A stretch of DNA of 64,000 nucleotides from Leucoraja ocellata (lineage: Eukaryota), in assembly GCA_036785375.1 (NCBI GenBank), contig JAWMAR010000033.1:10912001-10976000 (forward strand). Reading direction: 5' to 3'. Positions 1 through 11,450 of the stretch are shown here, one piece after another. Made by a program: the position numbers and the translations under genes. The notes below the pieces were generated by a model. It did not search any database and was not told where the DNA came from. It saw only the letters and a list, made by a program, of their open reading frames with translations. Within the stretch, counting starts at the first letter, position 1, and every line of letters begins with the position of its first letter.

Positions 1-75
1 GGGAGTTGAGTACAGGAGCAAAGAGGTCCTTCTGCAGTTGTACAGAACCCTAGTGAGACCACACCTGGAGTATTG

Positions 76-470
76 CAGGTAGTTCAAGTTCAGGTTCATT
101 GTCATGTGTCCCTGACAGGACAATTAAATTCTTGCTTTGCTTCAGCACAACAGAACACAGTAGGCATTGACTACAAAACACATGAATAAATAAATAAAAT
201 ATGTGCAAAATGACAGATAATGGGCTATTAAGCACTTTGGGGTCAATGAAAATTGACTATAAATGTGCTATATAAATAAACTTATTATTATTATTATTAT
301 TAATGTTCATAGTTTGTCCAAGCCAGGTTTAATAGCTTGATGGCTGTGGGGAAGTAGCTATTCCTGAACCTGGTCGTTGTAGTCTTCAGGCTCCTGTACC
401 TTCTACCTGAAGCCGGTAGCAGGGAGATGAGTGTGTGGCCAGGATGGTGTGGGTCTTTGATGATACTCTC
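76..470 (-). mobile_element. Rex1/Babar- or L2-like LINE 3' end fragment
   Basis: SIIKDPHHPGHTLISLLPASGRRYRSLKTTTTRFRNSYFPTAIKLLN is a characteristic ORF2 C-terminus of these fish LINEs. Related fragments lie at ~15755-15830 and 41330-41390. Confidence 0.6.
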
Positions 471-1153
471 TGGAACTCTCTGCCACAGAGGGTAGTTGAG
501 GCCACAGTTCATTGGCTATATTTAAGAGGGAGTTAGATGTGGCCCTTGTGGCCAAGGGGATCAGAGGGTATGGAGAGAAGGCAGGTACGGGATACTGAGT
601 TGGATGATCAGCCATGATCATATTAAATGGCGGTGCAGGCTCGAAGGGCCGAATGGCCTACTCCTGCACCTAATTTCTATGTTTCTATGTTTCTATACTG
701 ACAGCCAGGTAGATAAAAATGCTGGAGAAACTCAGCGGGTGAGGCAGCATCTATGGAGCGAAGGACTGAAGAAGAGTCTAGACCCGAAACGTCACCTATT
801 TCCTTTGCTCCATAGATGCTGCCTCACCCGCTGAGTTTCTTCAGCATTTTTATCTACCTTCGATTTTTCCAGCATCTGTAGTTCCTTCTTAAACAACCTG
901 GAGTATTGTGCGCAGTTTTGGTCTCCAAATTTGAGGAAGGACATTCTTGCGAATGAGGGAGTGCACCGTAGGTTCACCAGCTTAATTCCCGGGATGCCGG
1001 GACTGTCGTATATTGATTGCATTTAGTTGTCTCTGTACTGTACACTGCACAATGACAATAAAGATTGAATCTGAATCTGATAGAATGGAGCGGCTGGCCT
1101 TGTATACTGATGTGTACACATGTAAAATTCTTAAGGGATTAGACAGGCTAGAT

Positions 1154-1376
1154 TAGGGGTTCCCAACCTTTCTCGTCCTATTTACCCCTGGCGACTTTAA
1201 TAGCACATAACAATGTTATTTCACTTATTTATGAACAACTAATGATGAACAGATACCGGTATACCAGAACCAAACACAGTCAGTCAATGAGAAAAAATGT
1301 GTACAGATCCAAAATCAACAAATTTACCCCCTGGGTAGGCGACATTTACCCCATTACCCCAGGTTGGGAACCCTTG
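1154..1376. mobile_element. hAT (Charlie-like) MITE, 223 bp
   Basis: TIRs TAGGGGTTCCCAACCT and AGGTTGGGAACCCTTG; perfect 8-bp TSD GGCTAGAT (1146-1153 and 1377-1384); inserted into the CR1 copy. Confidence 0.85.
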
Positions 1377-3829
1377 GGCTAGATGCAGGAAAAATGTTCC
1401 CAATGTCCAGAACCAGGGGTCACAGTTTAAGAATAAGGGGGAGGCCATTTAGGACTGTGATGAGGAAAAACATCTTCACCCAGTGTGAATCTGTGGAATT
1501 CTCTTCCACAGAAGGCAGTGGAGGCCAATTCACTGCATGTTTTCAAGAGAGAGTTAGATATAGGTCTTAGGGCCAAAGGAATCAAGGGATATGGGGAAAA
1601 AGCAGGTGGGGTACTGATTTTGGAATGATCATATTGAATGGCGGTGCTGGCTCGAAGGGCCGAATGGCCTACTCCTGCACCCATTGTCTATTGTCTATCT
1701 GGCAATGAAGAATCAGCAGGTCACCTATAAATGTGAAAGTTCTACGGCCATTCCTCGGTCACAAGGCTCACAGTAGGTGTAGTGTCTAAAGAAGAAGGAG
1801 ATGTCTTGACCCGAAACTTCTCTCCACAGATGCTGCCTGTCCCACTGAATTACTCTAGCATTTTGTGTCTATGTTCGGTGTAAACCAGCATCTGCAGTTC
1901 CTTCCTCCACAGTAATAAACCAACAACAGTTCCCTCTGCTGGACACTCTTAGACAACAGAACTAATTCACCAAAACCTTTGTGCTCTTGTCTGTTGACAT
2001 GGAAAGCCACCAGTAGATGGAACTAACTGCAATCAGTTAAGTCCGTGCCTATTTTTAAATGCAGCTTCACCCAGTTACTGAGACAGGAACTTAAATTGTC
2101 TGAAGGTCACACTGTCCCAGAAACTCGATCTCTCGCCCATATAGAGCACCAAACTGACGGACTGTGCAGGGATACTGACCAGTCCGAGCCCTGAATTTGA
2201 TTCACACTGTGAGATAACCGTAACAGCTGTTACTTCAGACTTCTGACTTTTAACTCAGGATGAAGGTCAGAGGATGTGACGTCACAACCACAGGCTGTCG
2301 TTTGGGCGATACGATACAATACATAGAAATATAGGTGCAGGAGGAGGCCATTCGGCCCTTCCAGTCAGGACCGCCATTCAAGACGATCATGGCTGATCAT
2401 CCACAATCAGTACCCCATTCCTGCTTTTTCCTCATATCCCTTGATTCCATTAACCCTAAGAGCTAAATCTAACTCTCTCTTGAAAACATCCAGTGAATTG
2501 ACCACCGCCTTCTGTGGCAGAGATATGATACGATACAACTTTATTTATCCCAGGAGGGAATTTGATCTGCCAACAGCAATCAAAACACAAAATACACAAA
2601 ACACATGAAACATGAAATTAAAGTGACGAGTGGAAAGGCTTGGGGGATGTGCAAAGATTGGGGAGGGGGAGGGCAGTCAGTCTCAGTCTACTCCACGACA
2701 GAAGGGGGAGGACTTGCCATGTTTTATTGCCACAGTGAAGAAGGATCTCCTGTGAACCAGTGGCCATTAGCGATGCCTGACCTGACTCCCGATCCCATGT
2801 CTAGCCCACATTTGAATCTAAATACCTTGCACAAAAGGAAGGCTTCTAACTCACTCATCCATGCAAGCCCTGTCACAGTGAAACTATCGCTATTCAGTCT
2901 GAAGAAGGGTCCCCACCCGAAACATTTTCTGTCTATTAACTCCACAGATGCTTGCTGACCTACCAAATCCTTTGAGCAATTTGCTCAAACTATTGCTTGG
3001 ATAACTTACAACTCAACAGTATGAACACTGAATCCACCATTTTCAGATAACTAATATAACCCCCTCACCTCTTTCACCGCCCCCTCCCTCCCCCAACCTT
3101 CCCTATGCCCCACCTGTACTCACACCGGTTTCTCCCCTCCCCACCCATTCCTTCCTCTGGCTTCACAATTCGCACTTCTATCCTAATCTCACGCCCTCTG
3201 TCTCTTCACCGCTGGCCCTTGTCACCACAGCCAGGGATGACGGAAAGGTTTCAATTTCTGGCGACACGGTGGCGCAGTGTGTAGAGCTGCTGCCTCACTG
3301 CGCAAGAGACCAGGGTTCCATCCTGACTCTGGGCGCTGTCTGTGTGGAGTTAGTACGTTCTCCCTGTTTCCTCTCACATCCCAAAGACGTGTGGGTCTGT
3401 AGGTTATACCCTGCCCCTGGAGCGGTGAGCACACACAGAATAAAATAGAACTAATGTATACGGGTGATGGGCATGGACTCGCTGGGTCAAAGGCCCTGAT
3501 TCCATGATGTATATTTCAATAAATCAATCTGGCACTGGGACTACAATTGTCTAAATAAAAAAGGCAGTTTCCACAGGTGACCTGATGTTTTAATGACCTA
3601 CATGCATAGATTTCCAATCCTCCAGTCCACCGCCTCTAGGTGTTGACAGATGCAGAAACTTGTATTCCATTCTGGCCTCGGCTGCTGTCTGTGTGGAGTT
3701 TGCAGGTTCTTCACAGCGTTGCAAGGGTTTCCTCTGGGTGCTCCGGTTTCCCCCTACACTGCACAAAAACACACCTGTAAACTACTTGGCCACCGATCAC
3801 TAGTCTTAAAACCAAAGATACTAGGAGGT

Positions 3830-4610
3830 GGGTGAGCGGGGTCAGGGGTCGGAGTGAGCTGGTTCAGGGGGCGGGGTCGAGGAGCCAGGGGGCGGGGTTA
3901 GGGGCGGTACCTATGGAGTCATGGGCGGGGCGGAGGCGGATGGGTTGGGGCGGGGTCTATGGGGTTGGGGTCAAGGGGGTTAGGGGCGGGGTCGATGGCC
4001 AGGGGGCGGAGCCGATGGGTTTGGGCGGGGCGAGAGCCAGGGGGCGGAGTCGAGGGGCAGAGGGCGGAGTCGATGAGCCAGGGGGCGGGGTCGATGGTTT
4101 TGGGGCGAGGGGGCGGGATCGATGGTTTAGGGGCCAGGGGGCGGGGTCGATGAGCCAGGGGGCGGAGTCCAGGGGGCAGGGGGCGGGGTCGAGGGGCCAG
4201 GGGGCGGGGTCGATGAGCCAGGGGGCGGGGTCGATGAGCCAGGGGGCGGGGTCGATGAGCCAGGGGGCGGGGTCGAGGGGCCAGGGGGCGGGGTCGATGG
4301 TTTAGGGGCCAGGGGGCGGGGTCGATGAGCCAGGGGGCGGGGTCGATGAGCCAGGGGGCGGGGTCGAGGGGCCAGGGGGCGGGATCGATGGTTTAGGGCC
4401 AGGGGGCGGGATCGATGAGCCAGGGGGCGGGGTCGATGAGCCAGGGGGCGGGGTCGAGGGGCCAGGGGGCGGGATCGATGGTTTAGGGGCCAGGGGGCGG
4501 GATCGATGAGCCAGGGGGCGGGGTCGAGGGGCCAGGGGGCGGGATCGATGGTTGGGGGCGGGATCGATGAGCCAGGGGGCGGGGTCGATGGTTTAGGGGC
4601 GGGGCGGGCC
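3830..4610 (+). repeat. GC-box minisatellite (~21-bp unit GAGCCAGGGGGCGGGGTCGAT) abutting the pgam2 TATA box
   Basis: Roughly 30 tandem variants containing GGGGCGGG(G), more homogeneous toward the gene. Confidence 0.9.
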
Positions 4611-4615
4611 GAGGG

Positions 4616-4624
4616 TATATATAG
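4616..4624 (+). promoter_or_regulatory. TATA box of pgam2
   Basis: TATATATAG in a GC-rich context about 90 bp upstream of the ATG, immediately preceded by GC boxes (GGGGCGGGGCGGG). Confidence 0.65.
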
Positions 4625-4711
4625 GGCCGCGGTGAGCTGAGCCGCCATTCCCGGGCCTGTCGCCGTCGCCACAGCAACCGCAGCCTGCCTTGATTTCGCG
4701 GCTCCCCGGCC

Positions 4712-5124
4712 ATGGCGTGCTACAAGCTGGTGATCGTGCGCCACGGCGAGAGCACCTGGAACCAGGAGAACCGCTTCTGCGGCTGGTTCGACGCGGAGCT
4801 GAGCGAGAAGGGGCTGTGCGAGGCGAAGCGCGGCGCCGAGGCGCTGAGGGACGCCGGCTACCAGTTCGATATTTGCTTCACGTCGGTGCTGAAGCGCGCC
4901 ATCCGCACCCTGTGGCTCATCCTCGACACCACCGACCAGATGTGGCTGCCCGTCACCCGCACCTGGCGCCTCAACGAGCGGCACTACGGCGGCCTGACCG
5001 GCCTGAACAAGGCCGAGACCGCCGCCAAACACGGCGAGGCCCAGGTGAAGATCTGGCGCCGATCCTTCGACACCCCGCCGCCCCCATGGACGAACAGCAC
5101 CCGTACTACACCACCATCAGCAAG
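4712..5124 (+). CDS. pgam2: Phosphoglycerate mutase 2 (muscle-type cofactor-dependent PGAM), coding exon 1; 1-nt deletion in C-run at 5081-5085
   Basis: Kozak ATG (ggccATGG). [34 protein letters not shown] contains the catalytic RHG motif and PGAM2-type residues ([30 protein letters not shown]). After DTPPP the homologous [13 protein letters not shown] continues in another frame to donor AAG|GTGGGT. The exon is 413 nt where 414 is needed; an undivided 414-nt first exon is the PGAM2 structure, not PGAM1. Confidence 0.9.
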
Positions 5125-5425
5125 GTGGGTGCGGGGCAGGGAGGGGGAGTGAGGGGGGGGGGAGGGATGAGTGTGAGGGAGGGATGAGGGGGAAGGGGGG
5201 AATGAAGGGGGAAGGGAGGGGGGTAAGGGAAAGGAGGGGGGATGGGTGAGTGGGTAAGAGGCAGTGGGGGAGGGGTGAGGGAGGGGGAAGAGGATGAGGG
5301 TGGGGGGGAAGGGATGAGTGTGGGGGGGGGAGGGGTGAGGAGGAGGGGGGGAAGGGAAATGGGGTATGGAGGGGTGAGGGAGGGGGAGAGGACGAGGGAG
5401 GGTGTGTGGGGTGGAATAATGGGGA
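5125..5425 (+). repeat. G/A-rich low-complexity tract at the 5' end of pgam2 intron 1
   Basis: About 300 nt almost devoid of C, with many G-runs. Confidence 0.85.
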
Positions 5426-6411
5426 ATTACCCCTGGATTGCTAGCTAGCTGGCTGGGTGTGTGGGGGTACGATGGGATTTACCCCATATCTGTGTGGGTG
5501 GGGTAGTGACACCTCTAGACTTTGTGGGTGGAGGAGAACGGGCGACCCCCCCTCCCCAAATGCGGGCACTTGAGCCAGTGTAGCTCGCTGCCCCTTCACA
5601 AAATGTCCGACCTCTGCCCATTGATCGCTGCACTCGTCTTCAATCCTGGAGCATATTTGTACATTTAACATCATGCACACAACTGCATCTGTGCTGTGAG
5701 CGGACGGTGCTGCAGACATTTCCCCATGTTGCAACTCTGCGTCCGCTCTGTGTCTCTCCGCCTCCCGCAGTGAGACGTGCAGTTCCTCACGTTGCTCTTC
5801 TGTCCACCTCACTCCTCATGTCATGGACAATTTACAGCACCGCATTCTCTGCCGTTTTGACGCATTGCCTGAAACCGGGTCGCTAGAAGTGTGCTCGGGC
5901 ACTAGCATTTTTTCATTTCTAGTCTTGCCTCTGTCCCCACTAACATGTTCCCTTGCGATGCTTAAACACAGGTCGTGGAAGTGTCTCAACATTTTCACAG
6001 CAGCGTCTGTTAAAGATGCATTGAGGCTATATTTAAACACCTCACCCACTAAAATGACCATCAATATAGTCTAAAAGTTAATGCAAACAGTGATGGCTGT
6101 TTGGTTGGTTGCTTCTATCTGGTGCCTATATTAATCTCTGAAGCTCACAAAAAAAATATGGTTCTTGCAATGCCTTTTGTGGTCAATTGCTGTATGACCT
6201 ACATTATAATGTGACTGCACTTCAGAAGGTATTTAAAACATTAAAAGTATAAAACTGACAAACTGTCCTAGGAGTGCAAACTCAAAACTTTTATCCTCTG
6301 GACATCTGAATTTTCCTGAGGGGATCAATAAAGTGTTTATTATTATTATCTGTTGTGATATGCCAATTATCTTGGAGCATATTGAACTGAGCTGCAAATG
6401 TTTAATCCCAG

Positions 6412-6592
6412 GCTCGGCGCTATGAAGGACTAAAGTCTTGTGAGCTGCCGACCTGCGAGAGTCTTAAGGATACAATTGCACGAGCCCTGCCTTTCTGGAA
6501 TGACGTGATTGCACCGCAGATCAAGGCAGGGAAGCGCGTCCTGATCGCGGCCCATGGGAACAGTCTGCGTGGTATCGTCAAGCACCTAGAGG
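6412..6592 (+). CDS. pgam2: pgam2 coding exon 2 (181 nt)
   Basis: Acceptor tttaatcccag| and donor G|GTAAGG. Encodes [60 protein letters not shown], including the AHGN active-site His. Confidence 0.95.
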
Positions 6593-8834
6593 GTAAGGGA
6601 TAACCTGCGTGTGTGTGCTTGCAAAATAACCTGTGTGTGCTTGCAAAGAGCTGTGCAGAGCTGGTTTCAATGATAAAGATTCCTGAACTCATTTTGTACT
6701 TTTAGTAGCAATCTCGCCTTTGAGTTGGATGGTCCCACGTGTGAGATGAGTCCAGTGGACCAGGCTGTTGCTTTGATGCATCAGTGAGGGAGGACAATGC
6801 TATCTGAAGGCTGCTCAATAAATCAGTGGTTCTTTGGTGTGTATTTCCACAGAGTGAGCAGTTCTTTGTTCTGACCTTTCTTTATGCAGCAGCTTGAGCA
6901 GTAGCACGTTAGAGTCGAGTGCAAGCATCATTGTCTGAATGGTCATAAAGTTTTGGAGGCAAGATGATGCTTTACTTTGTCAGCCCCCTAAGGTGCAGCA
7001 GCTCTGCTGCAAGTGATCATTTTTTGTAGTCTTGATAATTTTGCACAGATCACCAATCATTCCAGACAGACACAAAATGCTGGAGTAACTCAGTGGGACA
7101 GGCATCATCTCTGAATAGATGAGGGAGACTCAGTCTGAAGAAGGATCTCGACCTGAAACATCACCCATTTTTTTCTCTCCAAAGATCTGCCTCCTGACAC
7201 TGCTTTAGAACTTCCAGCTCACATATGCTATTGCCAGTCATGAAATACTATGGGCCATTTACATAAGGTCATTTACAGGCAGGGTGAGGTCCCATCGTAT
7301 CAAGTATTCAGATATTATGTAGCCTTCTCTGCAGGGGCAGCTTGGGAAGGTATTGCTTACCATTGACCTTTGAAGGGCAGTGAGCTGAGCTCGGAGAGCG
7401 TTCATTCCCATCCAGGGTCAGTCAGCTTTGGAGCTGCTGACAAAACCGCCAGGCAGAAGTCTTGCAGTCGCCTATCTGCTCCAGTGGTTTAATGTTCAGA
7501 GTTCAATGTGCTTGTTTGCAGTCAGCAGGAGTCTCATCAAAAGGATTTTTAGTACATGACATGGTCAATGTGAAGTCACTATTTCTCTGCTCTTTGCATA
7601 ATCTGTCATTGCAAATCCTGTTTCTTTTAATCAACGCTTATTTAAACTGGCCCAGTCCAAGAATAAAAGATTTATTAACTGAGTTTAGTTTAGTAAATCA
7701 TTTAACCAGACGTGACTTTTAAACCCTTTGTGTGTCTAACTAATTTCACCGTTTCCTAATGACTAGATTATTTGATGTGCAAGTTCTTCTCTTAACTAAT
7801 GAAACATTGCCCATTACGAGTTTTACTGAGGGAAAAGCCTCCACTGGGCTGAAACAAAATAAGAATTGCAGAGATGGTGGTTTATGAAAATTGACCCAAA
7901 ATGCTGGAGTAATCTCCAGGCAGGGCAGCATTCCTGGGAGGAAGCATGGGAGACGTTTTGGGTCGAGACCCCTCCAGACTTAGTCAGTTAAAGAGCCGTG
8001 GCAAACATTAGGATGCTTGACCTTGTCTGCTTTTCTGTTTGTTGCCCACACTGTATCATGAATCAGTGAATGCTGCTGAGAATCCTAGATGTAGATGTGG
8101 GTGAGGGCAGGATGCTTTCTGTGGCTGAAGTGCCTGCAAAAACTCCACATCCTGCACCCACTTGTAAAGAATGTGTGTGAGGCTCAGCACTGATGGAGCA
8201 CCCTGTGTGTGGAGCGGGAGAGCACACCCCTTGGGAAGGACAAGGATGCTTGGAATGTTTGATAAAATATCTTCCACTACAAGCCTTTAGCCGTTTGCTC
8301 CACATTGGAAATCCTAATGACTGGCACAGTGGTGCTGTTGCTGCCTTGTAGGTCAGATACTCTGCTTCTGTCCGTATGGAGTTTGCACATTCTCCTCATG
8401 ACCGTGTGGGTTTTCTCCAGTTTTTTCCCACACTCCAAAGACGCACAGGTTTGTAGGTTAATTGGCTTGGTTTAATTGTAAATTGTCGCTAGTGTGTGTA
8501 GGATAGTGCCAGTGTGCAGGATCGCTGGACGGTGCGGACATGGTGGGCCAAATACCGTAGCGTTGGGAGGGCAGAGGTTTGCACTGGTACTCTAGCGTTG
8601 TCAGTTATGCATCTCCACAATGTCCCCTTCGCACCAATTGCATGGTTGGGAAAACATCTGAGCATGAAGCAAGGTACCAGTGGATATGGCGGATTCATAT
8701 CAGCCAGGCCTCTGCAGTAACTCCCTTGCTCCTTATAATAGTACAGTGGGATATTTAGTGTCTGCCTAACAAAGTACAATTGGTCTGAGTTTGTTGTCTC
8801 GTCCGAAAGATGGTCACACTCCTGCATTATATGC

Positions 8835-9262
8835 TGTACAATGCAAGTTACTCTGGCCTGGTCTGACCCGGGGCAGGAGGGCCAGGTACAGTGTACCTGT
8901 ATGATGCAAGTTACACTGGTCTGGCCCAGGGCAGGAGGGCTAGGTACAGTGTACCTGTATGATGCAAGTTACACTGGTCTGGGCTGACCCGGGGCAAGAG
9001 GGCCAGGTACAGTGTACCTGTATGATGCAAGTTACACTGGTCTGACCCAGGGCAGGAGGGCTAGGTACAGTGTACCTGTATGATGCAAGTTACACTGGTC
9101 TGGGCTGACCCGGGGCAAGAGGGCCAGGTACAGTGTACCTGTATGATGCAAGTTACACTGGTCTGACCCAGGGCAGGAGGGCTAGGTACAGTGTACCTGT
9201 ATGATGCAAGTTACACTGGTCTGGGCTGACCCAGGGCAAGAGGGCCAGGTACAGTGTACCTG
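8835..9262 (+). repeat. 58/63-bp minisatellite in pgam2 intron 2 (7 units)
   Basis: Unit GTACAGTGTACCTGTATGATGCAAGTTACACTGGTCTG(GGCTG)ACCCAGGGCAGGAGGGCCAG; periods alternate 63 and 58. Confidence 0.92.
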
Positions 9263-11143
9263 CTCGGCCCAGCTGTACTGTGGTTCCATCCCTGCATTCA
9301 GTCCTGAAGACTACGGCAAAGCGGGAGGACAGATGTGACAACGGCCCAGCCTCCACCTTGGTCCTCCACTTGCACCTGCTATGCACAAGTACACCATCTG
9401 ATGAAGGGCTCTCACCCGAAACACCACCTATCCATGTTCGGCTGACCCGTGGAGTTACTCCAGCAATGTTTTTTTTTATCAACCAGCAACTGCAGTTCGT
9501 TGTGTGTAATGTCAAAGTTTGTTCAGTTCGTATATCTTGTTTCATATGGAACGCTGTTGGGCATGGCTCATTTTTGTGAGGTGAAGTTTGATGGGCAGGG
9601 TGCTATAAATGTCACTGTAGCCTTTTCCCTCCTTCGCTCCTGACCCTGCATCAGTGGATGCTAAAAATACCCAGCAGAAGCTGACAGACCAGACCAGACT
9701 GTAACTGGAGAGCAGAGCCCTGCTTCATAAAGGTCAGGGCCTGTGGCAGAGAACTTTGATGGAACTCTCTCAGCACTGGTGGGGGTTGAATTAATTGAGA
9801 TTATACAGATTGATGCTTAAGACATGAGATACAGCACCAGCTATTACCAGCGATCACCCTGTACACTGGCACTATCCTACACACTAGTGACAAATTACCA
9901 TTTTACTGAAGCCAATTAACCTACAAACCTGCAAGTCTTTGGGTTGTGGAAGGAAACCAGTGCACATGGAAAAAACCCACACGGTCACAGGGAGAATGTG
10001 CAAACTCCGTACAAACTGTACCTGTATTCAGGATTGAACCCAGGTCTCTGGTGCTGCAAGGTAGCAACTCTAGCACTGTGCAACTGTACTGCCCTAAACT
10101 GAAAATGTAGAGAAGGCTGGGAAAGCAGCTTTTACAGCTTCCCAAATAATTGATTTCCTGGAAGAAGATAGGAAAAGTGCGTTACCCATATCAAGTCTGG
10201 TATAAATCACTTAATTGACAAAATAATGAACATACCAACTTTGCTGCCAATACCCTCCACCTCCTTGTGCATTAGAACCGTTCTGGTATTAAATTTGCTT
10301 TATTTAACCCTGATCTCTACTGTTAACAACTAGTTATCAGTAACATTTTAGTATTAGCCTGCACCCCACGGGCCAAAATCAGACGGGATTTTCCAATTCT
10401 GATCATGAAGCAGCCCAGACAATGGGGAACGTTTCAACTAGGTTTCTGTTGGGGCCACAACTGGTTAATAGTCATCAGCTCGGTGATGAACAGCAGCTGT
10501 TTTCAATGCCTTCTGAGAAGAAAGGATGTCATGAAGTTGTCTGGAATAAGCTTGGATGGGTTGGTGCTATCCCACACTGTTCCAGCTCGATTCCAATCCG
10601 CTACCTTTTGTCTTCCCACCTTCCACATATTCAGACTTGGCACCATTGTTTGTTTACCTTACTTTCATTCGCTTCAACCTGAGTCTGTCCCTCCAGATCA
10701 CTGGCGCTCCACTGACCCACCCCCCCCCCCCCCCCCCCCCCTTCACCAAGCTGTCTATCCCACTTCACCTGCCCTGCCTGCATGGCCGTCCCTCCACCTC
10801 TCTTCCTGCACATCCTTTCTGCTGCTGCTTGTTTCTTCACTCCTGATAAACCTGTTCTTACTTTCTCTCATAGCCAATGTGTGCTGGCATCCATTTCCCT
10901 GTGTGTTAGATAGATAGATAGACAGATAGATAGCGTTCCTGCATATGATATCCTTGCTTATTGAATGGAGTGCTGTATATAATGTACGTGTTGTGTAGTA
11001 GAGATGATACAGCAGTTCATCACGTGACACATTGCTTACCTCTGTCTGGGGGCAAAGGGGATGTGGCTGCAGAGGAGGATTTTGATTGAAGTGTTGTCAC
11101 AGAACATTGCATCCTCTAAGTTTGTCACCGTTGGTCTTTCCAG

Positions 11144-11313
11144 GGTTGTCGGACGCTGCGATCATGGAGCTGAACTTGCCGACCGGCATACCCATCGTGT
11201 ACGAGCTGGATGCCAATCTGAAGCCCACCAAGCCCATGCAGTTCCTGGGAGACGAGGCGACGGTGAAGGCAGCCATGGAGGCCGTGGCAGCTCAGGGCAA
11301 GGTGAAGAAGTGA
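11144..11313 (+). CDS. pgam2: pgam2 coding exon 3 (terminal, 170 nt)
   Basis: Acceptor ggtctttccag|. Encodes (G)[55 protein letters not shown]. The three exons total 254 aa if the missing C is restored. Confidence 0.95.
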
Positions 11314-11444
11314 ATCTGGGAGCTGAGCCTGCAACAACCTGCCTGGTACCGGCACAGCCGGGCCTGGAGACAGCCGTGTCGGCAATGATAAACCATGTTT
11401 TTGTAAAGTCCTCCTGTATGCAGTTATTTATCACGAAATGTTAA

Positions 11445-11450
11445 ATTAAA
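11445..11450 (+). terminator. Candidate pgam2 polyadenylation signal
   Basis: ATTAAA about 130 nt after the stop codon; also present in the duplicate copy. Confidence 0.45.

Larger units (their letters stand above)
1..1700 (+). mobile_element. CR1-clade (HER1-like) LINE 3' region interrupted by nested insertions
   Basis: EYRSKEVLLQLYRTLVRPHLEYC resumes at ~897 (LEYCAQFWSPNLRKDIL), continues through GKMFPM..RTRGHSLRIRG, and ends in the 3' tail GAAGGGCCGAATGGCCTACTCCTGCACC plus (TTGTCTA)n. Confidence 0.85.

Noticed and set aside
3832-5032. Gly- and Pro-rich ORFs upstream of and antisense to pgam2
   Set aside because: They come from the GC-box minisatellite and the GC-rich antisense strand of exon 1.
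8835-9262. Regularly spaced repeats resembling a CRISPR array (also 37730-37989)
   Set aside because: There are no unique spacers and no cas genes, and the context is vertebrate intron.
4712-11313. Calling the gene PGAM1 or BPGM
   Set aside because: The three-exon 414/181/170 structure and most diagnostic residues fit PGAM2.
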